Below are positions 1-10,077 of a stretch of DNA of 35,862 bases, one piece after another. The translations under genes were made by a program, and so were the position numbers. Location: the NCBI GenBank assembly GCA_038046605.1, contig JBBSVW010000010.1, positions 1-35,862 on the forward strand, in the 5' to 3' direction. Source of the stretch: Candidatus Micrarchaeota archaeon. GTDB taxonomy: Archaea; Micrarchaeota; Micrarchaeia; Norongarragalinales; SBBD01. Every line of letters starts with the position of its first letter. Position 1 is the first letter of the stretch. The notes beneath the pieces were generated by a model. The model was given only the letters and a program-made list of their open reading frames with translations. It made no database searches and was not told the origin of the DNA.

Positions 1-116
1 GCCCGGTCAAAAAATTTGACTAAAATGTTCCAATATTTTAACCTCTAACTATAGTACTCTATTTTGAGCTTATTATTATGGGGTATATTGTGGAAATTGC
101 TCTTCTGCAATCCGGC

Positions 117-626
117 TCATCTTGAAACCTTGCACTCCTCACAATGGTTGTTTATCCTTCTTGCAGTCAGGTAAATTGAAATTCCAACCATGAGGAAGCC
201 AAAAACCGTTATCTCCCATCTATGATCCAGGAGGAAAAAAATGCCGGCGGCCCCAAGGAACGAGAAAAGTACACTGATGCATGCCGCGCAGGATGCCGTT
301 GCGAAAATGCCAGATAGGATGCTTGAAAAAAACGCCGCAAAACCGGATCCGACCTCCTTCTTATCCGTGCTTTTGGTGTTCTTGATCACATAATATTGCA
401 TCGCAACAAGCACCCCCATAAGGGCTGCAAGCAGGAAAATCAGCAAAAAGCCCCACCAGGGCGTTATTGACACGAAAAAATCCAGGGCATTCCCGGGAAT
501 TGTTAAAACCGGTATTGCTGCGTAGAAGAATGCCATCAGGAGAAATGAAAGGAAGGCAATGAACGCGTATTTCCCATCAAAGAAGCAAAGGGCAAGCGCC
601 GAATTTATTTCTGTTAGTGCATTCAT
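117..626 (-). CDS. Integral membrane protein (~4 TM) with two Cys pairs (CAAC, C-terminal CEEC)
   Basis: 169-aa hydrophobic ORF, co-oriented downstream of dsbA. Confidence 0.8.
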   Translation of the reverse strand: MNALTEINSALALCFFDGKYAFIAFLSFLLMAFFYAAIPVLTIPGNALDFFVSITPWWGFLLIFLLAALMGVLVAMQYYVIKNTKSTDKKEVGSGFAAFFSSILSGIFATASCAACISVLFSFLGAAGIFFLLDHRWEITVFGFLMVGISIYLTARRINNHCEECKVSR

Positions 627-806
627 ATGGCGCGCCTATTGATAAGCCCCCTATTACCGTCTAAATGTACCTTTGCCCCTATGTTAAGTTTTCATTTCCC
701 CGGATTTTTTTGCATTACTAAAACCATTCCATATGGTTTCAATCAGGGCTTTGAAAATAAAAAGAAGGGGGTAATGGTTAACCCACAAGTTCCAAAAGGA
801 AAAAAC

Positions 807-1589
807 TTAGGCCGCGCTTCCGAGCACCTGCTGGAAGACGGTGTATGGCTGGGCGCCAACTATGTTTTGCCCATTCACGAAAAATGAGGGCGTGCCGGTC
901 ACTCCGTTTGCAATTCCCTCCTGGAGATCCGCATTGACTTGGGCCGCCTTCTCCCCGCCATCAAGGCACTTATCAAATGTTGCCGTATTGAGCTTCAAGT
1001 CCGCTGCGTATTTCTTAAGGTCCGTTATTGCAATTGCGCCCTGGTTCTCAAATATCTTGTCATGGAACTCCCAGAACTTGTTTTGGTCCTTTGCGCACTC
1101 CGTAGCTTCGGAGGCCTTTTGCGCGTTTGGATGGATTTGCGTTAAGGGAAAATGCTTGAAAACGAATTTTGCCTTTCCGGATTCAACCCAGTCCGTCAAA
1201 ATTGAGGGATAGGTTTGTGAATAGAACTTCTGGCAGTAGGGGCACTGGAAATCGGAATATTCCACAATTGTGATTGGCGCATCCGCCTTGCCCTTAGTTG
1301 GCGCTCCTTCAAGCTTGAAAGTTGGCGCATTTGGCTGCTGGGCTGGCGCTTGCGTTGGCGCCGGAGTAGGCGTTCCTTGCAATTGCTGGCCGGTTGGCAC
1401 ATTGCTATTAATATTGATTTTCAAATTGCCAAGGTTGGTGTTGATTTGCGCTAGGTTGGAGTTGACCCCATTCACCGCGTAAACCATGACGCCCGAAAGT
1501 ATGATTACGGAGACGATCATCGCAATCGCGACCGCGTACATGCCCTCGTTGCCCTCCTTCTTATGATGCTCATGATGCTGCTCTTCCAT
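807..1589 (-). CDS. dsbA: Membrane-anchored DsbA/thioredoxin-fold oxidoreductase
   Basis: N-terminal TM, Pro/Gln linker, EYSDFQCPYC active site, GVTGTPSFFVNG cis-Pro loop. Confidence 0.93.
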   Translation of the reverse strand: MEEQHHEHHKKEGNEGMYAVAIAMIVSVIILSGVMVYAVNGVNSNLAQINTNLGNLKININSNVPTGQQLQGTPTPAPTQAPAQQPNAPTFKLEGAPTKGKADAPITIVEYSDFQCPYCQKFYSQTYPSILTDWVESGKAKFVFKHFPLTQIHPNAQKASEATECAKDQNKFWEFHDKIFENQGAIAITDLKKYAADLKLNTATFDKCLDGGEKAAQVNADLQEGIANGVTGTPSFFVNGQNIVGAQPYTVFQQVLGSAA

Positions 1590-1687
1590 TTCCTACCTAC
1601 CCCACTCCTTGCAGAGTTAATTGTTGTTTAAGAAAATAGGACACTATTTCGGTCCTTCAAGCTTTATAAAGCCTTTCAATATATTAA

Positions 1688-1724
1688 CGACACCAGAGGG
1701 AAACTACGTTTCCCTACCGTGTCG
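1688..1724. repeat. Intergenic hairpin just upstream of the dsbA TATA-like box
   Basis: cgacac-cag-agggaaac-tac-gtttccct-acc-gtgtcg; ctttataaag at ~1663-1672. Confidence 0.5.
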
Positions 1725-2154
1725 CCCTACCCTTCCTTATTAGTTTTGCGAATTTATCCCCCTCCTTCCCCTCTCCCTTGACTTTGCTCCTTTTCACCAT
1801 CTTCGCATAATACCCTATGAACATTGGGCATTTCATCACTTATTTATTTTAGGCCCCGTATTTATCGACTAGGTTTAAGTGGCATTGTTGAATATGCCGT
1901 TTTCGAAAGGCTGCTGCAATGGTTTGGGCCGTCGCTTCCTATTAATTGTAGGCGCAAACGCAACCTGTCCATCCAAATTCACTTGGCTTCCGTTACCATA
2001 TTTGGACTTTCAACAGGGCCAGGTTTAAGTTGAGAGGCTAAATAGTGCACTTGCGTCACCCATTCAATATGGCCTGCATCTGGGATGGTTTAATTTTTTC
2101 CAAAACAGTTCCAAAGCCTTTTTATTGGCTGGCTGCGCAAGCAATAGGAATTCC

Positions 2155-3360
2155 ATGCGCTTTTACCTCCTATTCCCTCTTTTCGTCCTATTGCTGTTTC
2201 TTAGCGGCTGCATTTCAATTAACTACCATCAAAAAGTCGCGCAAGACGGGTCATCCGTTGTGAGGCAGGAAACCGATGTGAGCGCGCTCACCAATTTGCG
2301 CAATTCTTCGTCGTTGTTTGGCAGTTCCCTCTTCAATTCCTCATCAAGTTTGAAGCCCGAAAATAAGGAGTACAACAAAGCCAAGTATGACGCATACCAA
2401 AGCGCCGAGGAATATGGAATCACCCTCCTGATCCAGCCATCTGGGGAGGTGAAAATAGGAAGCTATTCATATGTTGCAATCACCGTATCGAACAATGCAA
2501 ACCGGACACTTCGCGATGTTCAAATCGGGACGGATAGCAATGCATTTTCACAAAGCAACCAATACGGCAATTTCCTTGGCACATTAAAGCCCGATGAGTA
2601 CCGGTCGCAATCGTTATATCTGAGCCTTCTTGACGTGAAACCCGGGAACCATCCCCTGACCGTAATTGTGACTTTCAAGGATGAGGCCGGACAAGGGGTC
2701 AAACTTGCAAAAACGGAACTTATCAAGGTTGAGGCAAGGGCGACGCCCACCCCGTCAATAACCCCCGATTACGATGCGCAATTTGAAAAGCAGTGCGAGG
2801 AATTGAGAAAATCCGGTTCCGAATGCAGCTATTCGAATGGAAAGTCAATTGCTTCAAAGCGCTATGAGAATGACGGCAAATTCTATTCGTTTGAAGTGGT
2901 TGCGGGCTTTCCAAATACCAAATACGAGCTGGAGGTATTCAGGCTGCCTGCAACAAATGCCTCCTCATCGGGCGAAAATAGCATGCAGGAATATGATATT
3001 TATCAGCGCCTTGATGCGGCGGCGCTAAAGCAGTCCATTTCCTACCTCAAACTTGCGGGCGCGGGAATCACTTACTCGGTTGAGATGCCTGGAAAAATTA
3101 CGAAAGCCGAGGGAGGGGCAATCTCGGAAAACGTTGCCCGTTTCGATGTAATTGAAATGATTGAAAACGGAAAAACAATCAAGGTGACCTCGGAAGAGCT
3201 GAATGCCCCCTACGTGGCCCTTGCAGGGATCATTCTTCTTGTTATGGTGTTCCTTGCTTGGAAATTCGTCCGTAAAAATCCGCCAACACCAATTCCTTCC
3301 ACGGCAACGGGATCCAGCTATCCTCCACTTCAAACTAATGAAATAGAAGGAACTGCCTAA
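2155..3360 (+). CDS. Surface lipoprotein with Ig-like (CARDB-type) domain and C-terminal TM anchor
   Basis: Start moved to ATG 2155 gives signal MRFYLLFPLFVLLLFLSG|C (lipobox); beta-rich domain; C-terminal TM plus basic residues. Confidence 0.75.
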   Translation: MRFYLLFPLFVLLLFLSGCISINYHQKVAQDGSSVVRQETDVSALTNLRNSSSLFGSSLFNSSSSLKPENKEYNKAKYDAYQSAEEYGITLLIQPSGEVKIGSYSYVAITVSNNANRTLRDVQIGTDSNAFSQSNQYGNFLGTLKPDEYRSQSLYLSLLDVKPGNHPLTVIVTFKDEAGQGVKLAKTELIKVEARATPTPSITPDYDAQFEKQCEELRKSGSECSYSNGKSIASKRYENDGKFYSFEVVAGFPNTKYELEVFRLPATNASSSGENSMQEYDIYQRLDAAALKQSISYLKLAGAGITYSVEMPGKITKAEGGAISENVARFDVIEMIENGKTIKVTSEELNAPYVALAGIILLVMVFLAWKFVRKNPPTPIPSTATGSSYPPLQTNEIEGTA

Positions 3361-3579
3361 GGGCAATTCAAGCTGGACCGCTTTATTGCCTCGGGTCCAT
3401 CCTCTGCCCGCAGTGGTAGGGGAAATACCTAATTGCCCCGCAAAAGGTGCAAATGGACCATCCGCGCGATGATTTCATCTCCTCATTGTTGCAGCACTTC
3501 CAAATCGGCTTAACAGCTCCGCATTTGAGGCAAACGAACTTTCCCATAGGTTTCAGAAAGAAAAGAAATCAGGGAATTA

Positions 3580-4130
3580 AAAAAGGCAGATACCAGGTAA
3601 GGGACGTGCCTACCTTGCGGAACCTTGCGATTTATGTCATAACCAATTCGGGAAAAAATTTCAGTTACAATAAGATTCGGGCCATGACGGGGCTCTCGTT
3701 TGACACGATTAAGCTGTACCTATCCTACATTGAAGAAGCACTCCTTTCATTTCAGGTGCCATTCTTTTCGTATTCCCTGAAAAAAGCGCTGGAAAAGCCC
3801 CGCAAGTATTATGCATATGATACCGGGTTGCAAGCGGCAATATCGAAGTCGTTCAGCCCCGATTACGGGCGGAGGGCTGAGAATGCGGTGGCCATTGAGC
3901 TCATCAGACGGAGCAAGGAGGTCCAGTATTATTCAAAAAAGCATGAGGTGGACTTTGTCGTAAAGGATGGGCTGGATGTAAGTGCAATGAACGTGACTTT
4001 TTCGGATGATGCTGCAGGCAGGGAGGAAGTAGGCCTAGAGGAGTTTTCAAGGGATTTCAAGGTCAAAAAGGGCGTTTTGCTCAGAGGAGAGAAACAAATT
4101 ACGGAGTGGCTGCTTGGCAATTTGCAATAA
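3580..4130 (+). pseudogene. C-terminal half of an AAA_14/DUF4143 ATPase; ATPase domain missing
   Basis: KPRKYYAYDTGL, GRRAENAVAIEL and EVDFVV motifs present; no Walker A/B upstream; 5' boundary approximate. Confidence 0.75.
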
Positions 4131-4220
4131 AATTTAATCGGCGGATTAAAAAAGAGAATGGGAAAAAGAAAAAGATCAGATCAAAGATCTGTGAGCTATG
4201 CGAAACCAGCCTCCAAAAAG

Positions 4221-4256
4221 TTTATAAACATCACTTGAGTAATATGCTCAAGTGAT
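4221..4256 (+). promoter_or_regulatory. TATA box followed by a palindromic operator
   Basis: tttataaa 4221-4228; perfect 10-bp inverted repeat atcacttgag (4230-4239) N7 ctcaagtgat (4247-4256) directly before ATG 4260. Confidence 0.8.
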
Positions 4257-4259
4257 AAA

Positions 4260-5024
4260 ATGAGGCTAGTAAACTGGGAGTACGAGGCATACCTTACACT
4301 CCTGAAGTCGTTCGGCTTAAGGGGGTATTTTACCGTAGCTGGCGCGATGGAAAAGCTCGCCTATTCAAAAACATCGACATGGAAAGTCCTAAACGACCTG
4401 GAAAGGAAAGGAATCATCAAGAAGCAAAGGTCAAAGGAGAACTGGAAGGTAAAGAAATATCGCCTTACCACATCCCCAGACGAGCTCCTTTTGGTCGGGG
4501 AGCAGATACCCACCAACAAATTGGTTGGCATGCCACAGGCTGCAAAGGCAGCAGGGATAATGCCCTCCAGCACGCAAGTAATCTACTCTAGCACTCCTGT
4601 CACATCCTACAAAATGCTATTCCGGCCAGGCGGAGCGCATATGGTATCGATTAGGAAGGGAAATTATGACGATGCTTCGTTTGTTGCGGAGAGGATCAAG
4701 GCACGCAATACGGCTTTTAATTCAAGGTATTTGCAATCCGGTGAAACAAATTTTTCCGATGTAATAAAAAGGCTTAATTCGTTTGATTTTAGGTATCTGG
4801 GGGCTGTGGCAGATATTTTACTTGAAAGGGGAGTAGAGGACGAGCGCACAAAAAAAATCATAATAATGCTAAGGGACGGCTTATTCAGGCGGACTGAAAA
4901 AGATAGCCGGGAATTTGGCATCTTCCCAAAGGATTTAAGGAAACAGCCCAAAGAGCTTGATGCAATAGCGGCAAAATGGAGGATTTACCTGAATATTTCT
5001 CCCGCAGAGGTAGAGCTGATATGA
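4260..5024 (+). CDS. Winged-HTH regulator, putative antitoxin
   Basis: N-terminal wHTH pattern (SKTSTWKVLNDLERKGII...YRLT); ATGA overlap with the next gene. Confidence 0.7.
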   Translation: MRLVNWEYEAYLTLLKSFGLRGYFTVAGAMEKLAYSKTSTWKVLNDLERKGIIKKQRSKENWKVKKYRLTTSPDELLLVGEQIPTNKLVGMPQAAKAAGIMPSSTQVIYSSTPVTSYKMLFRPGGAHMVSIRKGNYDDASFVAERIKARNTAFNSRYLQSGETNFSDVIKRLNSFDFRYLGAVADILLERGVEDERTKKIIIMLRDGLFRRTEKDSREFGIFPKDLRKQPKELDAIAAKWRIYLNISPAEVELI

Positions 5025-5746
5025 AAATTGCAAAGGAAAGCGAAGTCGAGAGGATCTCGTTGGAATTGCTTGAAGATTTGAAAAAGAAACTTGCAGGCAT
5101 CAATTACGTTGTAATCGGAGGCTGGGCCCTGACCGCATATGCGGGCAACATCCGGTACACCAAGGACATTGATATGCTGGTCAAGCATACTGAGAAAGAC
5201 GCGCTGATCCAAGGCTTTGACCATACACAATTCAATGTAAAGGAGTCAAAATTCGGCGTAAGGGCCAAGCACAACGATACCGGAATAGAGATCCATGTAA
5301 CCGCTGGGGAGAAGGCCCATGATGAGAGCACCAAGACGGGCATCAAGGTTCCCAATAGGATTTTCATGGAGGGGAATATTGGTGAGGTGTCCGGACTGTA
5401 CTGCAAAACCAAGCGCGTATCAATTCCTGTCTGTGACCTGGAATACTTTGCAGTGTTAAAGGGCATCCCGGATTTGGCAAAGCACGATTTTGATTTTGTC
5501 ATGCTTCTCACGAACCCCCTGCATTTGGGACGCAAGGAAGTGAGGATAAACTCCCAGCGTTTTACATCCCTGCTGAAAACTTGCGTACTGAACCTAAAGC
5601 CGTTTCGGGAGAAGGAGAAAAGGATTAGGGATAAGCAAAACTTCCAAAGAATTGGCAATTCCGTTACCCCTCCAGTATTCTTTGATAATGCCCGGTATAG
5701 GCGGGTTCTTCTGGCATTGGATGAAATTGATAAATTTTTGAAGTGA
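5021..5746 (+). CDS. Pol-beta-superfamily nucleotidyltransferase, AbiEii-like putative toxin
   Basis: VVIGGWAL...RYTKDID motif and late K...KHDFD; start at ATG 5021 (ATGA overlap, gaggt RBS). Confidence 0.78.
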   Translation: MKIAKESEVERISLELLEDLKKKLAGINYVVIGGWALTAYAGNIRYTKDIDMLVKHTEKDALIQGFDHTQFNVKESKFGVRAKHNDTGIEIHVTAGEKAHDESTKTGIKVPNRIFMEGNIGEVSGLYCKTKRVSIPVCDLEYFAVLKGIPDLAKHDFDFVMLLTNPLHLGRKEVRINSQRFTSLLKTCVLNLKPFREKEKRIRDKQNFQRIGNSVTPPVFFDNARYRRVLLALDEIDKFLK

Positions 5747-5785
5747 AAATATGCCTAAAAAAGCGCCAGCTAGAGATGATGAGAT

Positions 5786-6205
5786 ATGTACGTAAGCACG
5801 AGAGCCTTGGTAAGCGACTACGATATTGAAAGCGACACGCTATATTTGTTTTCGAAGAAGGAGCGTGCTACAAATAGCTTCAGTTTTGGAAACCTGAATC
5901 TGGATTTTGCTAAGGAGGGGACGTTTGTTGGAGTAGAGTTCCTGAATGCATCCTCGACATTGCCGCCCCTTATGCTTGCATCCCCAAAAGCGCTTTTTGA
6001 AAATGCCAAAACCCTGAAGATGGAAGCGCTTCGGAAAATCACCAGCGCAAGCGTTTCACTCAATACCGCTGCAAATTTCCTGATCGTTGCGCTTGCAATA
6101 GAATTTGATAAAACCGTTTCATCTGAAAAAATAGGTTGCAGGCTGACGATTCCTGTTGCCTCCAAGAAAGATGTTGCAGCAGCGAGCAAGCCGGCTTTTT
6201 CGTAA
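5786..6205 (+). CDS. DUF2283-domain protein
   Basis: YDIESDTLYL...NLDFAKEGTFVGVEFLNAS signature. Confidence 0.75.
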   Translation: MYVSTRALVSDYDIESDTLYLFSKKERATNSFSFGNLNLDFAKEGTFVGVEFLNASSTLPPLMLASPKALFENAKTLKMEALRKITSASVSLNTAANFLIVALAIEFDKTVSSEKIGCRLTIPVASKKDVAAASKPAFS

Positions 6206-6281
6206 GATTGTTGCCCCCTTAATAAATACCTTAAAAAACATTCTTTGGCAAATACACTTGCTGATTCTGAGGGGATAGTTC

Positions 6282-7136
6282 ATGCAATTCCAGCGCGTCA
6301 CAGATTTGTTGCAACTAAAGCTTATTGCCAACACTATAAGGCAGGACATAATCCGCTCGCTGCTTGAGGCAAAATCCGGCCATTCCGCCGGCCCACTTGG
6401 TTTAAGCGACTTTTTCGCTGCAGCGTATTTCAATTTTATGGCACATGACCCCAAAAATCCCAAATGGGATGGAAGGGACCGCTTCATCCTCTCCTGCGGA
6501 CATGTCTGCCCCGTTCAATATGCAACTTTGGCAAATGCGGGCTATTTCCCAAAAGAGGAGCTCATGACGCTTCGAAAACTCGGGACGCGCCTTCACGGCC
6601 ATCCGCACAACCTTGCGCTTCCGGGATTGGAAAATTCCGCCGGCCCCCTTGGGCAAGGAACCTCCCAGGCTGTTGGCAGGGCGCTTGCGGCGAAAATGGA
6701 GGGAAAAAAGCATTACGTTTATTGCCTGACCTCCGATGGCGAGCACAACGAAGGCCAGACGTGGGAGGCTTGGATGTTTGCCTCCAAGTACAAGCTTGGA
6801 AATCTCATCGCCTTCATGGATCGCAATTACATTCAAATTGATGGCGATACCGAAAACATCATGCCCCTTGACCCGCTGGAGGATAAATTCAAGGCGTTCA
6901 ATGTTAATGTGCTCTCCATTGATGGCAACGACATCGCGCAAATCCTTGATGCGGTTGCAAAGGCAAAAGCCTCCGGCAAGTTTACCATGATATTGCTCAA
7001 TACGGTTCCCGGCAAGGGCGTTTCATTCATGGAAAAGAAGTATGAATGGCATGGAAAGCCCCCGAATGCGCAGGAGGCACAAATCGCGTTAAAGGAATTG
7101 CAGGCGGAGAGGGTTAGGATTGAAAAAGAGGGATAA
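6282..7136 (+). CDS. tkt: Transketolase, N-terminal subunit
   Basis: SGH, RDRFILSCGH, GPLGQG, SDGEHNEGQTWEA (ThDP motif), PGKGV. Confidence 0.95.
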   Translation: MQFQRVTDLLQLKLIANTIRQDIIRSLLEAKSGHSAGPLGLSDFFAAAYFNFMAHDPKNPKWDGRDRFILSCGHVCPVQYATLANAGYFPKEELMTLRKLGTRLHGHPHNLALPGLENSAGPLGQGTSQAVGRALAAKMEGKKHYVYCLTSDGEHNEGQTWEAWMFASKYKLGNLIAFMDRNYIQIDGDTENIMPLDPLEDKFKAFNVNVLSIDGNDIAQILDAVAKAKASGKFTMILLNTVPGKGVSFMEKKYEWHGKPPNAQEAQIALKELQAERVRIEKEG

Positions 7137-7214
7137 AGGGGAAAATGGGGATTGAATATTCGATGCTGCGGTATTGCGCATCAACTCAATTTATGAAAAA
7201 AATGGTAATTTTTT

Positions 7215-8189
7215 ATGGCCGTAAATATCTCACTAAACATCTTTGACAAATTGGAAAAGATCCCAAGCCGTGACGGTCTTGGGAGGGGCCTTCTCGAGCT
7301 GGGTGCAACCCATCCGGAAGTGGTTGTGCTTTGCTGCGACCTGAAGGAATCCACCCGGGTCCAATGGTTCGAGGAAAAATACCCGAAGCGCTTTTTTGAA
7401 GTCGGCGTTGCCGAGCAGAACATGGCGGGCATTGCAGCAGGCATGGCCGCCGAGGGGAAAATTCCATTCATGGCTAGCTATGCCGTCTTTTCCCCGGGCA
7501 GGAACTGGGACCAGATCCGTGTCAGCATCTGCTATTCCGAATATCCCGTAAAGATTATCGGAGCGCATGCAGGAATTTCCGTTGGGCCAGATGGCGCAAC
7601 GCACCAGGCCCTTGAAGACATTGCGATTATGCGCGCCCTTCCAAATATGGTTGTGCTATCCCCGTGCGATTGGTTGGAGGCAAAGAAGGCAACAATCCAG
7701 TGCGTTGATCTCAATTCCCCCACCTATATACGGCTTAGCAGGGACAAGGTCCCGGTTGTCACAATCGAGGAAACCCCCTTCAAAATCGGCAAGGCGGAAA
7801 TTTTCCGGGATGGAAGCGATGTATCGATAGTTGCCACCGGCCAGCTGGTTTATGAGGCACTTGTGGCTGCAAAAACACTGGAAAAGGAGGGAATTTCCGC
7901 AAGAGTGATAAATAATCATACCATCAAGCCTCTTGACAAAACCACATTGATTTCCGCTGCAAAGGAAACCGGCGCAATTGTGACCGCTGAAGAGCACCAG
8001 GTCTACGGAGGGCTTGGCTCGGCCGTTGCCGAAGTCCTCTGCGAGCACTATCCGGTTCCCATAAAATATGTCGCCGTCATGGATAGGTTCGGGGAGAGCG
8101 GGGCGCCTGATGAGCTTCTCGTGAAGTTCGGCCTGAAAAGTGCTGATATCATAAGGCAAGCAAAAGAAGTCTTGAAGATGAAAAAATAA
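7215..8189 (+). CDS. tkt: Transketolase, C-terminal subunit
   Basis: GVAEQNM, GPDGATHQ, TIKPLD, EEHQVYGGLG. Confidence 0.95.
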   Translation: MAVNISLNIFDKLEKIPSRDGLGRGLLELGATHPEVVVLCCDLKESTRVQWFEEKYPKRFFEVGVAEQNMAGIAAGMAAEGKIPFMASYAVFSPGRNWDQIRVSICYSEYPVKIIGAHAGISVGPDGATHQALEDIAIMRALPNMVVLSPCDWLEAKKATIQCVDLNSPTYIRLSRDKVPVVTIEETPFKIGKAEIFRDGSDVSIVATGQLVYEALVAAKTLEKEGISARVINNHTIKPLDKTTLISAAKETGAIVTAEEHQVYGGLGSAVAEVLCEHYPVPIKYVAVMDRFGESGAPDELLVKFGLKSADIIRQAKEVLKMKK

Positions 8190-8288
8190 GAGCTAATTTT
8201 TTTATTATCTGCAAATAACGAACTTTGCCGCATTTGCAAAAGGTAATAAATGCGCTTGCGCGTAAATGTGGAAATCCAAGGTGATCCT

Positions 8289-9272
8289 ATGGGAAAACCC
8301 AAAATCTTTGTAACACGGCCCATTCCGGGCAATGCACTAAGCGAACTAAAGGCGCATTTCGATGTTGAACTTCGCGAAACCGAAAGCATCATCAGCAAGG
8401 AGGAGATAATTGCCGGCGTAAAGGGAAAGGACGGCCTGCTTTGCATATTGACCGATCCGGTTGATGCTGAGGTAATGGATGCCAACAAAAACCTCAAGAT
8501 TATTTCAAATTACGGCGTTGGCTATGACAAGGTTGATGTTGAGGCGGCAACCAAGAGGGGAATAATTGTCACAAACACCCCCGGCGCCCTTACGGAAACT
8601 ACTGCCGATCTTGCGGTTGGCATGATGATTGCGGCTGCAAGGCGCATAGTTGAAAGCGACAAGTTCACAAGGGAGTGCAAATTCGAGGGCTGGGGCCCAT
8701 CCATGATGCTTGGCATAGATGTTTATGGCAAAACACTTGGCATAGTTGGGCTTGGACGGATTGGCAAGGCCGTTGCGCAGCGCGCAGCAAAAGGCTTTTC
8801 GATGAAAATCATCTACAACGACCCGAAAGTGCAGGCCGATTTCGATGCGGAATACGGCGCCAAATGGGTCGAACTTGATACGCTCATGAAGGAATCCGAT
8901 TTCATCTCAATACACGTTCCGCTGACCCCCAAAACCCGCAAAATGTTTGGGGAAAAGCAGTTCCACATGATGAAAAAAACCGCCGTGCTTGTCAATACCT
9001 CCAGGGGGGCAGTTGTCGACCAAACTGCCCTTGGGAAGGCGCTCAAAACCCATCGCATCTATGCAGCTGCGCTTGATGTCTATGAGGATGAGCCAAGGAG
9101 CCCAGTTGAATTGATTCCACTCCCCAATGTTATCCTGCTCCCGCACATCGGATCGGCATCGCTTGAAACAAGGGCCGCAATGGCCAACCTTGCGGTGAAA
9201 TCCCTAATGGATTATTTCAAGGGTGCAACGCCGGAAAATGTTGTCAACAAGGATGTGCTGAACAAGAAATAA
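8289..9272 (+). CDS. gyaR: Glyoxylate reductase / D-2-hydroxyacid dehydrogenase
   Basis: GVGYD, VTNTP, GLGRIG, NTSRG, LPHIGSAS; aggtga RBS supports ATG 8289. Confidence 0.92.
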   Translation: MGKPKIFVTRPIPGNALSELKAHFDVELRETESIISKEEIIAGVKGKDGLLCILTDPVDAEVMDANKNLKIISNYGVGYDKVDVEAATKRGIIVTNTPGALTETTADLAVGMMIAAARRIVESDKFTRECKFEGWGPSMMLGIDVYGKTLGIVGLGRIGKAVAQRAAKGFSMKIIYNDPKVQADFDAEYGAKWVELDTLMKESDFISIHVPLTPKTRKMFGEKQFHMMKKTAVLVNTSRGAVVDQTALGKALKTHRIYAAALDVYEDEPRSPVELIPLPNVILLPHIGSASLETRAAMANLAVKSLMDYFKGATPENVVNKDVLNKK

Positions 9273-9360
9273 TTTTTTGTTAAGCTCAGGGAACGAGTGC
9301 GGGAAATCCCGATAAAATTTTCATGCCTAACTTATTTGGCGATCCACTTCTTTTTTATTC

Positions 9361-10077
9361 CTATCCAAACGCTGTTATGGAAACATACATCAATAGCACT
9401 CCCAAGAGGAACGCCTCCAATTTGCCCGCCTGGTGCTTGGGAAGCATGTCCCTGACCACTATGTAAAACAAGGTGCCGATGGAAAAGGAGAAAAAGAAAG
9501 ATGCATCCCGATGGCTTAAGGGGAGCACACTCCCAAGAAGCGCCCCCAAAAGCACCGATGCGCTAAGGGTAATTTTCATAAGGTGGCGCCAATGCCGCCT
9601 TTCCTCAAGCAAATGCGCAAGGAACGCGGAGGATGCCAGTTCCACAATCCCAAGCGGGACTGCCAAAAGGAATGCCAGCGACTGATCGGCCTCATAGATG
9701 AGGACAATTGCAATGCCATTTAGGAAGTTCACAAGGAAAAAGCCCCACACGTCAAGCACGGATAATTCCCGTCGAAGCTGCTTTGGGTGGCGCTGATGGA
9801 CGTATTTTCCAATGGAGTGGAAGATGACAAATCCCAATAGTACAAAGGAGAAGTTGAATGTGTCCTTTGCAACAAGCGGGACAAGTTCCATGAAAAGAAG
9901 GGTCACCATTACGCCGGCGGCAAAGCTTACCAGTTCGCTATGATAGCGCTCGAGCTTTGGGGATAATTCTTCCCCAATAAAATGGATGATGCTAAGGAAT
10001 AGGCCCAGAAGGATTTGAGGCGAGAAAATATCCATGCTTTGAAAGTGTTGTGCAAACCCATTAAAAACGCCTTCCAT
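9361..10077 (-). CDS. ZIP-family metal transporter (divergent)
   Basis: Multi-TM protein; SFAAGVM, F.ELVP, SIGTLFYIVVRDMLP; start may be 10035. Confidence 0.75.
   Translation of the reverse strand: MEGVFNGFAQHFQSMDIFSPQILLGLFLSIIHFIGEELSPKLERYHSELVSFAAGVMVTLLFMELVPLVAKDTFNFSFVLLGFVIFHSIGKYVHQRHPKQLRRELSVLDVWGFFLVNFLNGIAIVLIYEADQSLAFLLAVPLGIVELASSAFLAHLLEERRHWRHLMKITLSASVLLGALLGSVLPLSHRDASFFFSFSIGTLFYIVVRDMLPKHQAGKLEAFLLGVLLMYVSITAFG

Noticed and set aside
1714-1836. 40-aa basic minus-strand ORF (MKCPMFIGYYAKMVKRSK...)
   Set aside because: Weak RBS, ends inside a hairpin, no motif
2022-2043. ggtttaagttgagaggctaaat resembling the transposon right end
   Set aside because: Lacks the core gtgca; no partner end or TSD found
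3447-3580. N-terminal part of the 227-aa ORF
   Set aside because: Does not resemble the ATPase family; probably a chance open extension
6282-8189. Split transketolase as a possible frameshift
   Set aside because: The two-gene form is normal in archaea; both ORFs are intact
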